DNA from: Stegostoma tigrinum
Lineage: Eukaryota
Direction of reading: 5' to 3'
Assembly (NCBI RefSeq): GCF_030684315.1
Contig: NC_081366.1
Location: forward strand, 7,440,001-7,504,000
DNA: 64,000 bases
The notes below the pieces were generated by a model. The model worked only from the letters and a program-made list of their open reading frames with translations, ran no database searches and had not been told where the DNA came from. Positions 37,984-49,040 of this stretch are shown in pieces. The stretch's first letter is position 1. The number at the start of each line of letters is the position of its first letter. Made by a program: the position numbers and the translations under genes.

Positions 37984-39099
37984 CCTCTCTGCCCCTTCAA
38001 CATTGCAAAAGAACACTTCATCTGCGCTTTCCTGGTGCTCTCCTCAGTCAACCGCAGCACTTATTCCTCTTCTTGTAGCATCTTTACATGGAAACTGCAA
38101 GAGATGTCACAATCATGTTTTTCCTGCCTCTACTCTCCCCTTTCCAAGGTATCGAATACATTGTTTCCAGCTGAATCAGTGATTTACGTGTACTTATTTA
38201 AACATAATGTTCGTATTTGTCACTCACAACGCAGTCTTCTCTAAATTGCGAATAAAAAAAACAGATTGGGTAACTGCTGCCTGAATGCATCCGTTCAGTC
38301 ACACTGGGTTTCTGATAGCCTGCCATTTGCTCTCATGCTGACAACTACATCATACGCTTATTATTCTGTTCTACTAAAGCTCAGTGTAAGCTTCTGGAAC
38401 AAAACTTCATCCTTCAATTAGGCACTTTACAGTCTCTGGAATCAACACTGAGGGTAAAAATTTCAGACCAAAACCTATTGTCACCATTTCTGGACCTTTA
38501 TTTTGCTTATTCATATTTTGTTTGTTCATTGAGTTTTCACTTCAAGGCGCACTCCTGCACTTTTCTTTATTTCTTTCCTTGTCTTGTCTCTATTCATATA
38601 TTCCGTATAATGTGCGTGTGTATTTATTCAATACATATTCGCATCAGTAATGGTGACCACAAATCTATGGGTTATCATTTAAGAACCATTGGATTTGCTA
38701 TTGTTCCTTCTGAATACAAACTGCAATTTTTATCCATCATTTCCGTACGTGATTCCAGATCCACAGCAATGTAACTGACTCTGAAATTAACTCATAGATA
38801 AATGAAATGAGGATATACCATTATGTGAATGGACTGCCTTTGACGTTTGATAAGATAGACTAGTTAGTAAAAGCACTCTTACATATATTAGAAAAATTAT
38901 TAGGAAAGCAAAAATATGGCAAAATTTGAGTAAAGTTATTGCTGTTCCTAGGTTTACAAAGAGACTTGGGACAAGTGCAGGGAACAATATGCAATTGCAC
39001 TAATATGACTGGCAGAAAATATTATGCAATATGTACTCAAGTTGTAACAAGAAGACATCAGAATCAGTAATGGAATCGTAAGAATGATTTCAAAAAGGA

Positions 39100-40220
39100 A
39101 TTCCGCTCTTGACCAACTCCATTGACTTCATCAAAGGAATAACAAGGTTAACTGTTAACATTGACAGGTGATTAAATTTAATATCTGAGACTAAGGTCAG
39201 AGGCAGGAATAGAGAATATGAATTATATGTAGCTACTCACACTGGAAAAAATGTGGGATATGATATTTTGTACGTATTTCTGGTGAGACCACAGTTGTAC
39301 ACAATCTAATTTAATGATACTGACTAGTGAATTGCTTGTCCAATTTAATTTTTGGACAAGTCACCAATTTTTTTGGGTACAATTAGCAGAACGGAAGATC
39401 ATGATTAAATTCAAGAAGGTATTTAGAATCTAGCGGAGTGGATTTACTTTTAACAATGACTTTCGTTACAGAACAGTGTGAAGTCTGCACTTAGGTAGGA
39501 AGAATGAGAAGTTTCTATCGTGTTTAAAATTAAAAAGGCCGAATGGGATAAAGTAACAAAGAGAATGGGACACTGATATGAAAATCTCTAGATGTATCTG
39601 TATGCATTAAGAGCCCACAGCAAAAACAAACGGATGCTCATTGGCTGAGGCTAGTGTTGGAAAAACAGGGAAGTGATGTTAATCTTATCCACGGCATTTG
39701 TAAGACAGACCCAGTCTATTGTGTTCAGCTCTGGTCACTAAAATGAAAAGTATAGAGATCAATTAGAGAAGCCTAAATGAAGATTGCCAAAGATTATACG
39801 CAAACTTAGTTAACATGTACATAGGGAGCATTAAACATACAGGAACTCTTTATTGTTCTACAAAAAGACAACTAAGAGGTGGCTCAACAGAAGATATTAA
39901 GATATCAAATAGGTTGATTAGTATTGATTGCATAGAGAAAATATTTCTATTTCTGTGGGAGGACAGAACTAGATTACATAATATAAGGTATTCACCGATT
40001 ACTCCTTCAATGAATCAATTTCTTTCCTGGAGCGAATGTTTGAAATGTGGCATTCCCTAACATTAGAATTAGTTGAAACAGATGACATGATATTTTTAAG
40101 AAGCTAAATAAACACATGAGTGAGAAAGGGGTGTGAAGACATACTGAGAGAGATGAAAAAAGGCTGTTGAGGAGCAATAGAACCTGGATGGACCTATGGG
40201 CTGAATGGTCTGCTCCTGTG
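39100..40220 (+). mobile_element. Old CR1-like LINE
   Basis: Decayed RT C-terminus and GGGCTGAATGGTCTGCTCCTG 3' end. Confidence 0.55.
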
Positions 40221-40786
40221 TAATGGGCGACATTTAACAATTAAGATAAAAGAAAATGCAAATATAAGAACATAAATTCATATTGATATTACACATTAAG
40301 ATTGTATATTCTGAATTGTTTATAATATATTTTTGCATCTAGTCATACTGCTACACCAGACGCAAGTGGGCCAGTTAACACTCAAGGAACAGGAAACTGG
40401 ACTAAACAGCCTTTATCGTTATTCAAAAAAAAATCCATTAGCTAGATTAATATCAAAAAAGAAGATATTCAGCCAATTACATCCAAATAGAAAAGGATCC
40501 TAATATACCTCCCTGCAAAATAATTGGAGTATTGGTTTATCAACTTGCGTAGGGATTGATTCACAATGACTGGCAGAGGAACTCCACTGCAATCCTAACA
40601 GCATTTTATCCAACGGCGCCTTCTTTCCTTTACAATATGCCTGTGGATTTATATTATAGCTTTTTTTGCAATGTAATAGATATAAAAAGGAATGAATTCT
40701 CTTGCTTTCCAAGTGGACAGAAGTAAATCAGAGCTTTTATCAAGAATACAAAACTATTGACCTTGAATTCACCACAATTGTATCAC

Positions 40787-43180
40787 TTAGCATTGCCCTT
40801 GAGGCACGAGTGGATTGCAGGGCTTCAGGAACAAAAAATCGCTCTTTGATGATTCCGGAGACAAGCAAACCGTGTAATGGTAGGTTTCAGGGAAAGGAAT
40901 GTTTTGTCCAGTTCCGCTGTAGTTTAAAGAGTTTGTTGGCATAGAAGCCCGACTAAAGGTTTCTTTCGCATCCTTTCGGCTGCAGCAACAAACCGGGGAC
41001 CAACCGTCTGGAACATCGTCCCTCTCCTGGTGGCACTTTAGGACAACCAATAAAACAATGATTACAAGAAATATAAGCGAAGTTGAACCGAAAGCAGCGA
41101 TCAAATAAAGGTTTAGATTGGAGGAGTAGTTCGGGGTACTGATTAAATTATCGGTGTCCGAGACTTTTGCACTAACATTGGCCTGGATTGACAAGAGGAT
41201 TGTTGCCGTGGCGGAGAGACGGGGCTGCCCGTTATCTTGCACCAAGATGACAAGATTGTGAGTACTGCCATCCTGTTCTAAAACGTTCCGCGTTGTTCTG
41301 ATCTCCCCTGAATTGCTTGCGACAGTGAAGAAAGTAGGATCAGTTGATCGAACGATCTGGTCGGAGAGCCGTGCGTTCTGACCTGAATCAGCGTCTATTG
41401 TGATCATCTTTGTAACCAAGAAACCCTGGCCCGCTGACTGAGGCGCGATCACCTCCGCTGCTGATCCGCTCTGTGCTGAGGGTGAAACGATGACTGGGGC
41501 GTTGTCATTTTGATCCAGGATAATCACATTGAGTGTTACGCTACTGCTCAGCGGAGGAACTCCAGCATGACGCGCTTGAACTCGGAGCTGAAAGTTTTTG
41601 ACTTTCTCGTAGTCAAAAGACCGCAGCGCATAAATGGTCCCGTTCACTGAATTAATATTGAAGTATGTGGAGACTGGCGATTCTTGAAGAATTTGTTTGA
41701 AGGAATAAGAGATATAGGAATTCTGATCCAGATCACGATCAGATGCAGTCACTGTGAAAATTGAAGCACCCGGGACGTTGTTCTCCATTACATACTCTGT
41801 ATATGTGCGCCGAGCAAAACTTGGGCCATTATCATTGACATCAGAAATCGAGATCTGAATAGTTTGATTTGATGATAATGGAGGAGATCCCGAATCCCAA
41901 GCTAAAATAGGTATGTTATATTCAGGGGTAGTTTCACGATCCAACAAGCCACTTGTAATCAGTGTATAATGATCATTCAAAGAAGAAAGAAGTTCAAATG
42001 GGAATTCCTTAGGAATCTGACAGCGAATTCGTCCATTTGCTCCAGAATCGCGATCCGTTACATCGATCAAAGCTACCACTGTCCCGGGCTTTGCATCTTC
42101 TGGGACCTTACCTGACAATGAAGTTAGCTTTATCTTAGGGGCGTTATCGTTTATATCAATTAGTTTGATCAATACTTTAGAATGTCCTGCGATTGCTGGT
42201 GAGCCACTATCCACGGCTTGAACGTCGAGTTCGTAACTGTTTGCTTCTTCAAAATCCAACAGTTTTTCAACTCTGACCTCGCCAGTATCTTGGTCCAAAC
42301 TGAACAGTTGACGCACTCTCCGAGAGACAAGTTTACTGAAAGAATATGTTAACTCTGCATTGGCGCCTTGGTCTGGATCGAGAATGTTGATCTTGATCAC
42401 GAAGGTACTTGGGGGAGCATTTTCCACCAAGCTCGCCCAGTACACTTCCTGCTCGAACACAGGCGCGTTATCATTGATGTCGAGCAGATTAATGTTGATT
42501 TGCATTGTCCCAGACCTTGGAGGGGACCCACCATCAAAGGCTGCTAGTACCAGCTCAAAGGTTGGCTGCTGTTCTCGGTCCAAGGGTTTCTCTAACAGTA
42601 ACTCTGCCAGCTTAGTCTTGTCCTCCCTTGTTTGCACGTTTAATCTGAAGTGCTCATTCGGACTGAGTTTGTACGTGGTGACTGCGTTTGTTCCCACGTC
42701 CGGATCAAGCGCGCTCTCTAGCGGAAAACGCGAGCCTGGCGCAATGTTTTCTGCTATTTGTAAAAGAAGGGCACTCTCCGGAAAAATGGGCGAGTTATCA
42801 TTAATATCAATAACCTCGACTTCACCGCGGTACATTTCCAGAGGATTTTCTACTATTATTTGAAAAATCAGAATACATATAGGGATTTGTGCCCACAGCT
42901 GTTCCCTGTCCATTCTTTCATAAACAAACAAAATGCCATTTTCCAGATTTACTTCTAAATGCTGTCTTCCGTCTACAGATACAAGGCGACATTTTCGAAC
43001 TGACAGTTGCCGAACATTTAGTCCTAAATCTTCAGCGATGTTCCCAACAAAGGTACCATATTCCAATTCCTCTGGAATAGAATACCGAATCTCTCCAAAA
43101 ACTAGATTAATTCTACAAAGCAAGAAAATAAAAGTCAACGCCTTAATCACAAAAGCTGTGTTGCTTTGTAGATTCGCCAT
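40787..43180 (-). CDS. Clustered protocadherin, gene E (797 aa; open but possibly decaying)
   Basis: Intact ORF with six EC repeats, TM and YHYTVCLSPESSKSDFLFLKP tail; several conserved residues substituted (see findings). Confidence 0.93.
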   Translation of the reverse strand: MANLQSNTAFVIKALTFIFLLCRINLVFGEIRYSIPEELEYGTFVGNIAEDLGLNVRQLSVRKCRLVSVDGRQHLEVNLENGILFVYERMDREQLWAQIPICILIFQIIVENPLEMYRGEVEVIDINDNSPIFPESALLLQIAENIAPGSRFPLESALDPDVGTNAVTTYKLSPNEHFRLNVQTREDKTKLAELLLEKPLDREQQPTFELVLAAFDGGSPPRSGTMQININLLDINDNAPVFEQEVYWASLVENAPPSTFVIKINILDPDQGANAELTYSFSKLVSRRVRQLFSLDQDTGEVRVEKLLDFEEANSYELDVQAVDSGSPAIAGHSKVLIKLIDINDNAPKIKLTSLSGKVPEDAKPGTVVALIDVTDRDSGANGRIRCQIPKEFPFELLSSLNDHYTLITSGLLDRETTPEYNIPILAWDSGSPPLSSNQTIQISISDVNDNGPSFARRTYTEYVMENNVPGASIFTVTASDRDLDQNSYISYSFKQILQESPVSTYFNINSVNGTIYALRSFDYEKVKNFQLRVQARHAGVPPLSSSVTLNVIILDQNDNAPVIVSPSAQSGSAAEVIAPQSAGQGFLVTKMITIDADSGQNARLSDQIVRSTDPTFFTVASNSGEIRTTRNVLEQDGSTHNLVILVQDNGQPRLSATATILLSIQANVSAKVSDTDNLISTPNYSSNLNLYLIAAFGSTSLIFLVIIVLLVVLKCHQERDDVPDGWSPVCCCSRKDAKETFSRASMPTNSLNYSGTGQNIPFPETYHYTVCLSPESSKSDFLFLKPCNPLVPQGQC

Positions 43181-43365
43181 TGTGCCGACGGTGGGTTGTT
43201 GTGGAAATTCTCAAAAATATTTCAGGGCAAGAATTGGCTTCAGCGCGATAAATGAATCTACCAGCCAAATTTACAAACAGTCGTTTTAACACTCCGAAAA
43301 TCTCTCCACAATGTAATGTGCTGCAACTGACAATTCGTTTTCAGCCAGCTCTCCTTCTATGTTGA

Positions 43366-43464
43366 GGAGGGGCAATGGATCTCCCGCTGCATCTGAGCTT
43401 CTTATTGGTAGACAGTGAGACAACGAGTTCCTGCCATTGACTGAGCATTTCCAATCTTAAAGCT
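43366..43464 (-). promoter_or_regulatory. Pcdh promoter module of gene E (CGCT box mutated to CACT)
   Basis: GATC 43378, ATTGG 43404, AGTG 43414, CTTAAAGC 43456. Confidence 0.8.
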
Positions 43465-44366
43465 GCACTGTTCCATAACTGAACGATTTAGTGGTGCACA
43501 ATTCATTTAGGTACTTAAAATAAGCAGCTTTATTATATGTTTAACAATTTTCTCCATGATCATTATAAATGCCTCCAAGTTTTGGCATTTCCCCGAATGG
43601 AATTTTGATACTTGACTTTCATTTCAGAAAGAAGAAGGACAAAGTGTAACGGAAGTTTTGCTCACAATAAATGGGCGTTCATAGGTAATATTCATCAGAC
43701 CTTGATCTGCAAAGCTGAGTTTCTATATCATTTATTGATGTCTTTCATATTTGTTCGGCTTCCAAATCAATTTCATTATTTATAATGATGCAAACAGAAC
43801 AAGCCCATTAATCCCTAAGAGCTGAAAATTTCCATTAAAATTACTTCAAGTTGCTGAAACCAAGTTGCCTATTTTCTTTTTTATTATTATTTTCTTTATA
43901 TTTCATTCAGCACATCTAATGAAGGGTTGAACTTATAAAGGAACATATTATCATAAAGAAGAGATGGTCACAGTTAAATTGTATGAGTGCGTACGTTTGT
44001 CTGCATGCGTGTGTACGTGAATGTATGTATGCTCGCTAATTGCCAATGAAGAAAGTAGAAAGCGAATGTGGATGTTAAGTGACATGTGAGTTTGGAACAA
44101 AGTTGAAACAAAGAAGAACGTTGTGTTTCTGTAACTTGGGAATTACAAAATGTAGAAACACGTTGCAGAAACAGTGCATTATTTTTTGGTCCTGGAATAA
44201 GGATGTTCATGACAAGGCCAGTATTTATTCCCAACCTCAAGTTGCCCTTGCTCAAAAGGCCGAAAAATGCATCCTGGAAGCTCTGTTGCCGATATGGTTT
44301 TGGTGCGTTCACAGAGATTTTGAACTGTTTGGTTAAACTTGCAGAAGAGATGATAACGCAGTGCGG

Positions 44367-45975
44367 AACTGGAGGAACACAACGGGCACAGCATTAGAAC
44401 AGCGGGAAAGTTGACGTTTCGGGTCTCGATGCTGCTTCAGAAATAGAGAAGGGATCTCGGAAATAAATAGAGGAGGGGTGGGGCTGGGGAAGGCAGGAGG
44501 GATGGTGATAGGTGAGTGCAGGTAGGCAGTGGTAGGGATTGGTCACTGGGCTGAGTGCGGCGGATAGGTGCGAGAGAAGGTGGACAGGTTATGTTGGATT
44601 AAGGAGGCGGGTGGGAGGATGGATTGGGCTGGGAGATGGGTCCCGGATGGGGAGATTTTAAAACTGTGAATTCTTTGTTTGAACTATCGGGCTGTAGGCT
44701 CTCGAGGCGGGATACGAGGTGTTGCTCCTCCAGTTTGTGTGTGGTGTCATTGTGACACTGGAGGAGGCCCAAAATGGACATGTCCACCCAGGGTACGGGA
44801 GGGGGGGGTAAAATGCTAGGTAACCGAAAAGTGTTGCCCTTTGTCATGTACAGATCGTAGATGCTCGACCGAATGATCCCTGCGTCTACGCTTGGTGTCA
44901 GCGATATAGAGGGGGCCACATCGGGAGCAACGCATACAATAGACTAAGTTAGCGGGTGTACAGGTGAATCCCTGTCGGATGTGAAAGGTTTACATTGGGC
45001 CTTGGATGAAGGTGAGGAGTAGGAGCAGGCGTAGCCCTTCCTGCGGTTGCAGGGAAAAATGCCACGTGTGGTGGGATTAGTGCGGAGCGGATGAGGAAGT
45101 CGGAGATTAGATTCCCTCCGGTGTGGAAACAGGCCCTTCGGCCCAACAAGTCCCCGCCGCCCCTTGGAGCATCCCACCCAGACCCATCCGCCTATAGCCC
45201 ACACACGCCTGAATGCTATGGGCAATTTAGCATGGCCGATCCACCTAGCCTGCACATCTTTGGACTGTGGGAGGAAACCCACGCGCACACAGGGAGAATG
45301 TGCAAACTCCTCACAGATAGTTCCCCGAGGCTGGAATTGAACGCGGGTCCCTGGCGCTGTGAGGCTGCAGTACTAACCACTGAGCCACCGTGCCGCCCTG
45401 CGGACTGAGGGGTCACTATCAAAAACAGATGGGAGTGTGGAGAGAAATATCTCTCTGGTCGTGGGGTCAGATTGCAGGCGGCGGAAGTGACAGAGGACGA
45501 TACGTTGGATACGAAGATTGGTGGGGTGGTGTGTGAGGAACAGTGGGATTCTGTCTTTATTTTTGTTGGGGGAAGGGGTTTGATGGTGCAGAGGTGGATC
45601 TGCATATTCCGCCTCGAGACCCTGTAGCCCGATAGCCTAAGCATAGAATTCGCAGTTTTAAAATCCCCCCACCTCTGTCTCCATCCCATGTCCAACACTC
45701 TCTCATCCCTTCCACCTGCCCGCCCCATCCTCCCCGCCAACCAATCTCCACTACCCCCGATCTGCATCCAACCTATCACCACACCAATTACCTTCCCGAG
45801 CCCCACCCCTCCACTATTTATTTCCAGCTCCCTGCCCCCTCCCCATTTCTGAAGCAGCGTCACAACCCGAAACGTCAACGTTCCGGCTCCTCTGATGTTG
45901 CCTGGTCTGCTGTGCTCCTCTAGCTCCACGTTGTGTTGTCTCTGACTCCAGCATCTGCAGTTCTTGCTATCTCCG
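44367..45975 (-). mobile_element. Penelope-like element relic with inverted terminal segment and nested SINE
   Basis: GIY-YIG C-terminal remnant (MSILGLLQCHNDTTHKLEEQHLVSRL); ~44370-44715 mirrored at ~45607-45930. Confidence 0.8.
45107..45397 (-). mobile_element. HE1/V-SINE-type SINE
   Basis: GGCACGGTGGCTCAGTGGTTAGTACTGC head on minus strand. Confidence 0.85.
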
Positions 45976-47091
45976 AGATGAAGATATCAGTTTTTTTTTA
46001 AGATTGAAGTTGGACACACACTGCCCCATGAAAGAGAAAATTAAGATACGTTTCACCGTTGCGCCAGGACAGTCTATGAAGGTTGTACGCATTGCAGATA
46101 TATATACGAAATAAAATTGATGGGTGCATAACATATTAACAGACAATATATTAAATTAGGATAAATAGATAGAGTCTTGCCAGGAGGACAGGAGAAATAA
46201 TGTAAACTTGTATAGATATTAATTGAGACATAATAGGGAGAATAACGGCTACCGAGAACGGAAGCCATCAATGTAACAGCCAGCCAAATCGTGACAAATG
46301 CAACAATGTACTCCAATTCAAAATCTCGAAGATGTTTGGCATTGACCAAATCGCTTCTGGGGTTCTTGCTGAAAAATATATTAGAGCTAAAAACTTAGGT
46401 CCATCCTTTATGAATAATTTCAGATTTAATGGAAAATCTATAGTTTTAGAAAGCGTACATTAGTTTAAAGGGTAAACATTGAATCGTTGATATAAATCAT
46501 ATTGTTTCGTCGAAATGAATAAGACAGCACGAATGACTGAGGCAAAAGTGAATTTCAGTGGGAAAGATCGGCCTATTTAGATAAAATTCTCACCTAATTT
46601 AATCCACCTGATTTAACGAACATTACATCCATCTAATTTTCGCACTAGTCGATTGCCACGAAAATACACTGGACTAAAATCGATGAGAAGAAAAGAATGG
46701 AAATGTTAAGGAATGTGCAACTTGAACAAGAAAAATGCAGGATATTTATATCGATCATTCTCCAGCAAGTTAATATTATGCCCCGTTCTCTTCTACTTGT
46801 CACCAGCTATATTAAAGTTTATCATTGATCCTTTAGAACATTGTTTGCATATTTTGTGCTAGCACCCGAATTAAAGAGCAGTTTTCTTCCTTCTCTGATT
46901 AATTCAATGTTTCTAGTTTCACTGAGGCCGTTATGGTACTAGCCGGAACTCGAGAAATCTTACGAGCTACCTTGAATCATGTGCTAGCAATCTGTTCTGT
47001 TTCAGAAATGTGTCGGCTTACTCTGAAATGTGGAATTAAAGGAACAAGAAAGAATGATTTCCTTGTAGTCATGGAGTGATATATTACCAAA

Positions 47092-47107
47092 AGCGCCATC
47101 TGTTGGT
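47092..47107 (-). promoter_or_regulatory. Candidate CTCF-binding site
   Basis: Minus strand ACCAACAGATGGCGCT; one mismatch to CCASYAGRKGGCRS, in unique sequence. Confidence 0.6.
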
Positions 47108-47273
47108 AAAGTTGTGAAATTGGTACTCGGCTGCCTTTTAAAGATCCCAGGAATGCTCAGAGGATACATTTTCTTTCAAAATGTTGGACACTCTAACTTC
47201 CTTTGTTCAACATTATTCTCCCGGCCAATATCAGCATATCGATTAGCTAAATATTCACTTCATTCCGAGAGAG

Positions 47274-47391
47274 TAAGAACTGCAGATGTTGGAGTCAGAG
47301 ATAACACAGTGTGGAGCTGGAGGAACACAGCAGGTCAGGCAGCGTCAGAGGAGCAGGAAAGTTGACGTTTCAGGCTGAGGCCCTTCTTCAG
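47274..47391 (-). mobile_element. Penelope-like terminal repeat with hammerhead core
   Basis: Minus strand CTGAAGA-AGGGCCTCAGCCT-GAAACGTC. Confidence 0.75.
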
Positions 47392-49040
47392 TTTTGTTTT
47401 AGGGATCTTTCGACTGTTTCTTTTAACTGCACCATAATAGTTGTTGCTATTCAAAGCTGCTAAATATACAGCTGAAGATGGGAAAAATTTAACAATTATT
47501 ACTGCGCTAGTAATCTAGAGTCCTCAGTTTAATGCTCAAGTGCAGAGGTTCAAACTCCACCAGGGCAGCTGGTAAAAATTAAATTCAGTTAAAGATTTGG
47601 AAATAAAAGCAAGTCTCAGTGACAGTGACCATGAAGCTCTCAGATTGTCCGAAAAGATTATCCGGTCGCCAATATCTTGTAGGGAGGAAAATCTGCAGTC
47701 TCTCACTCGCCTCCAAGTGAGGCCCGACCCAGTCAATGTGGTTGACGTTTAACTGCTTCCTGAACCGGTAGAGAACACTCTTAACTGTATGAAACCGCTG
47801 CGGATAAATTGGAAATGAAATAACTGAATGAACAAACTTGCATAGACAAAGGAGACAGTAATAACACTGGCAGAAACATACAATTCGATCCAGCAAAATC
47901 CTGCTTAGGGCCTGGGTCAAAGTTAACAGAATTTCTTCTGAATTCTCTCAGGCAACAGCGTGCACAACATGCATTACGTCAAATCTAACGTCTCCTTCGA
48001 CAGCACTTCCGAACCAAAGATTTCCACTGTCTAGAAATATAAGGGTAGTAGATTCATTGAAAATTACATTGTGATAATTTCTCTCCTAGCCACACACTAC
48101 CCTGAATTGGAGTAATATAGCTGGTCCTTCATCAGTTCCGCTCCAAGCCACTCATTATCTTAACTTAGAAATAGATCGTCGTTGCTTCAGTATGGTTGGG
48201 TCATTCATCTGGAGCAGTCCGAAAAGCACAAGGACTGCAGCAGTTTATTTTTAACTAATTCACGGCATATGGGCGCTCTTGCTGGGCCAACATTTATTGC
48301 CTATCCATAGTTGGCAATCAGGAGGTGGCGGCCAGCAGAATTCACGAATTGTTTGAGCCTATTTGGTTAAGGTAGACCCATAATGCCATTGGGGAAGGCG
48401 TTCCAAGATTTTGACACAGCGCCACTGTTGAAACCGTGCTCCACTTCCCAGTGGGAATGGTGAGTGGCTTGGAGGAGAACTTACAGGCGGTTGTGTTCTC
48501 ATCTATCTGCTGCCTTTTGTCCTTCTAGATGGTAGAGGTCGTGGGTTTGGAAAGTGCTGTCTATGCTGCTTTGGTGAATTGGTTCATCGTCACTTTCTCG
48601 AGACAAAATAGAATTGGGTTCTTTCTAAGAGACTGATAAGACGCTGCATAAATCGAAGCTATTGCTCGTTTTAAGGGAAGTTGGGAAACAACAGATTGCT
48701 TGATCGTGCAACACGCAGACCCGAGACAAGAGACGACAAGGGCTTGCACTTGGATACTTACCTTTAAACAGTCGAAATTGGTGTTGCTTTATAATAGCAA
48801 CAAAGTAATGATCTTAAACGGTGCGTTCTGATGCAGCTTTTGGGCTCTGTGCAAATGTGTCCTGTTACTAAAAGAACAAACATCTCACATTGTATGAGGG
48901 TAAATGTCCTCGTGGGTTTCCTCCAAAAACCCAAGCTATATAACATTTTATCGCGATAGCGTGTCTCCAGGTCGATCTACATACTTCAACTTGAAGTTTC
49001 AACTTGCGTTTTTTGTAGTGTTCACTCCTTCTAAGAACAA

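Noticed and set aside
325-43289. Plus-strand ORFs overlapping Pcdh exons (821, 1943, 11550, 30327, 31495, 42360, 42933) that resemble each other
   Set aside because: Antisense shadows of the conserved cadherin codons.
48754-48763. ATACTTACCT, identical to the U1 snRNA 5' end
   Set aside because: The following sequence does not continue as U1; better read as a minus-strand splice donor.
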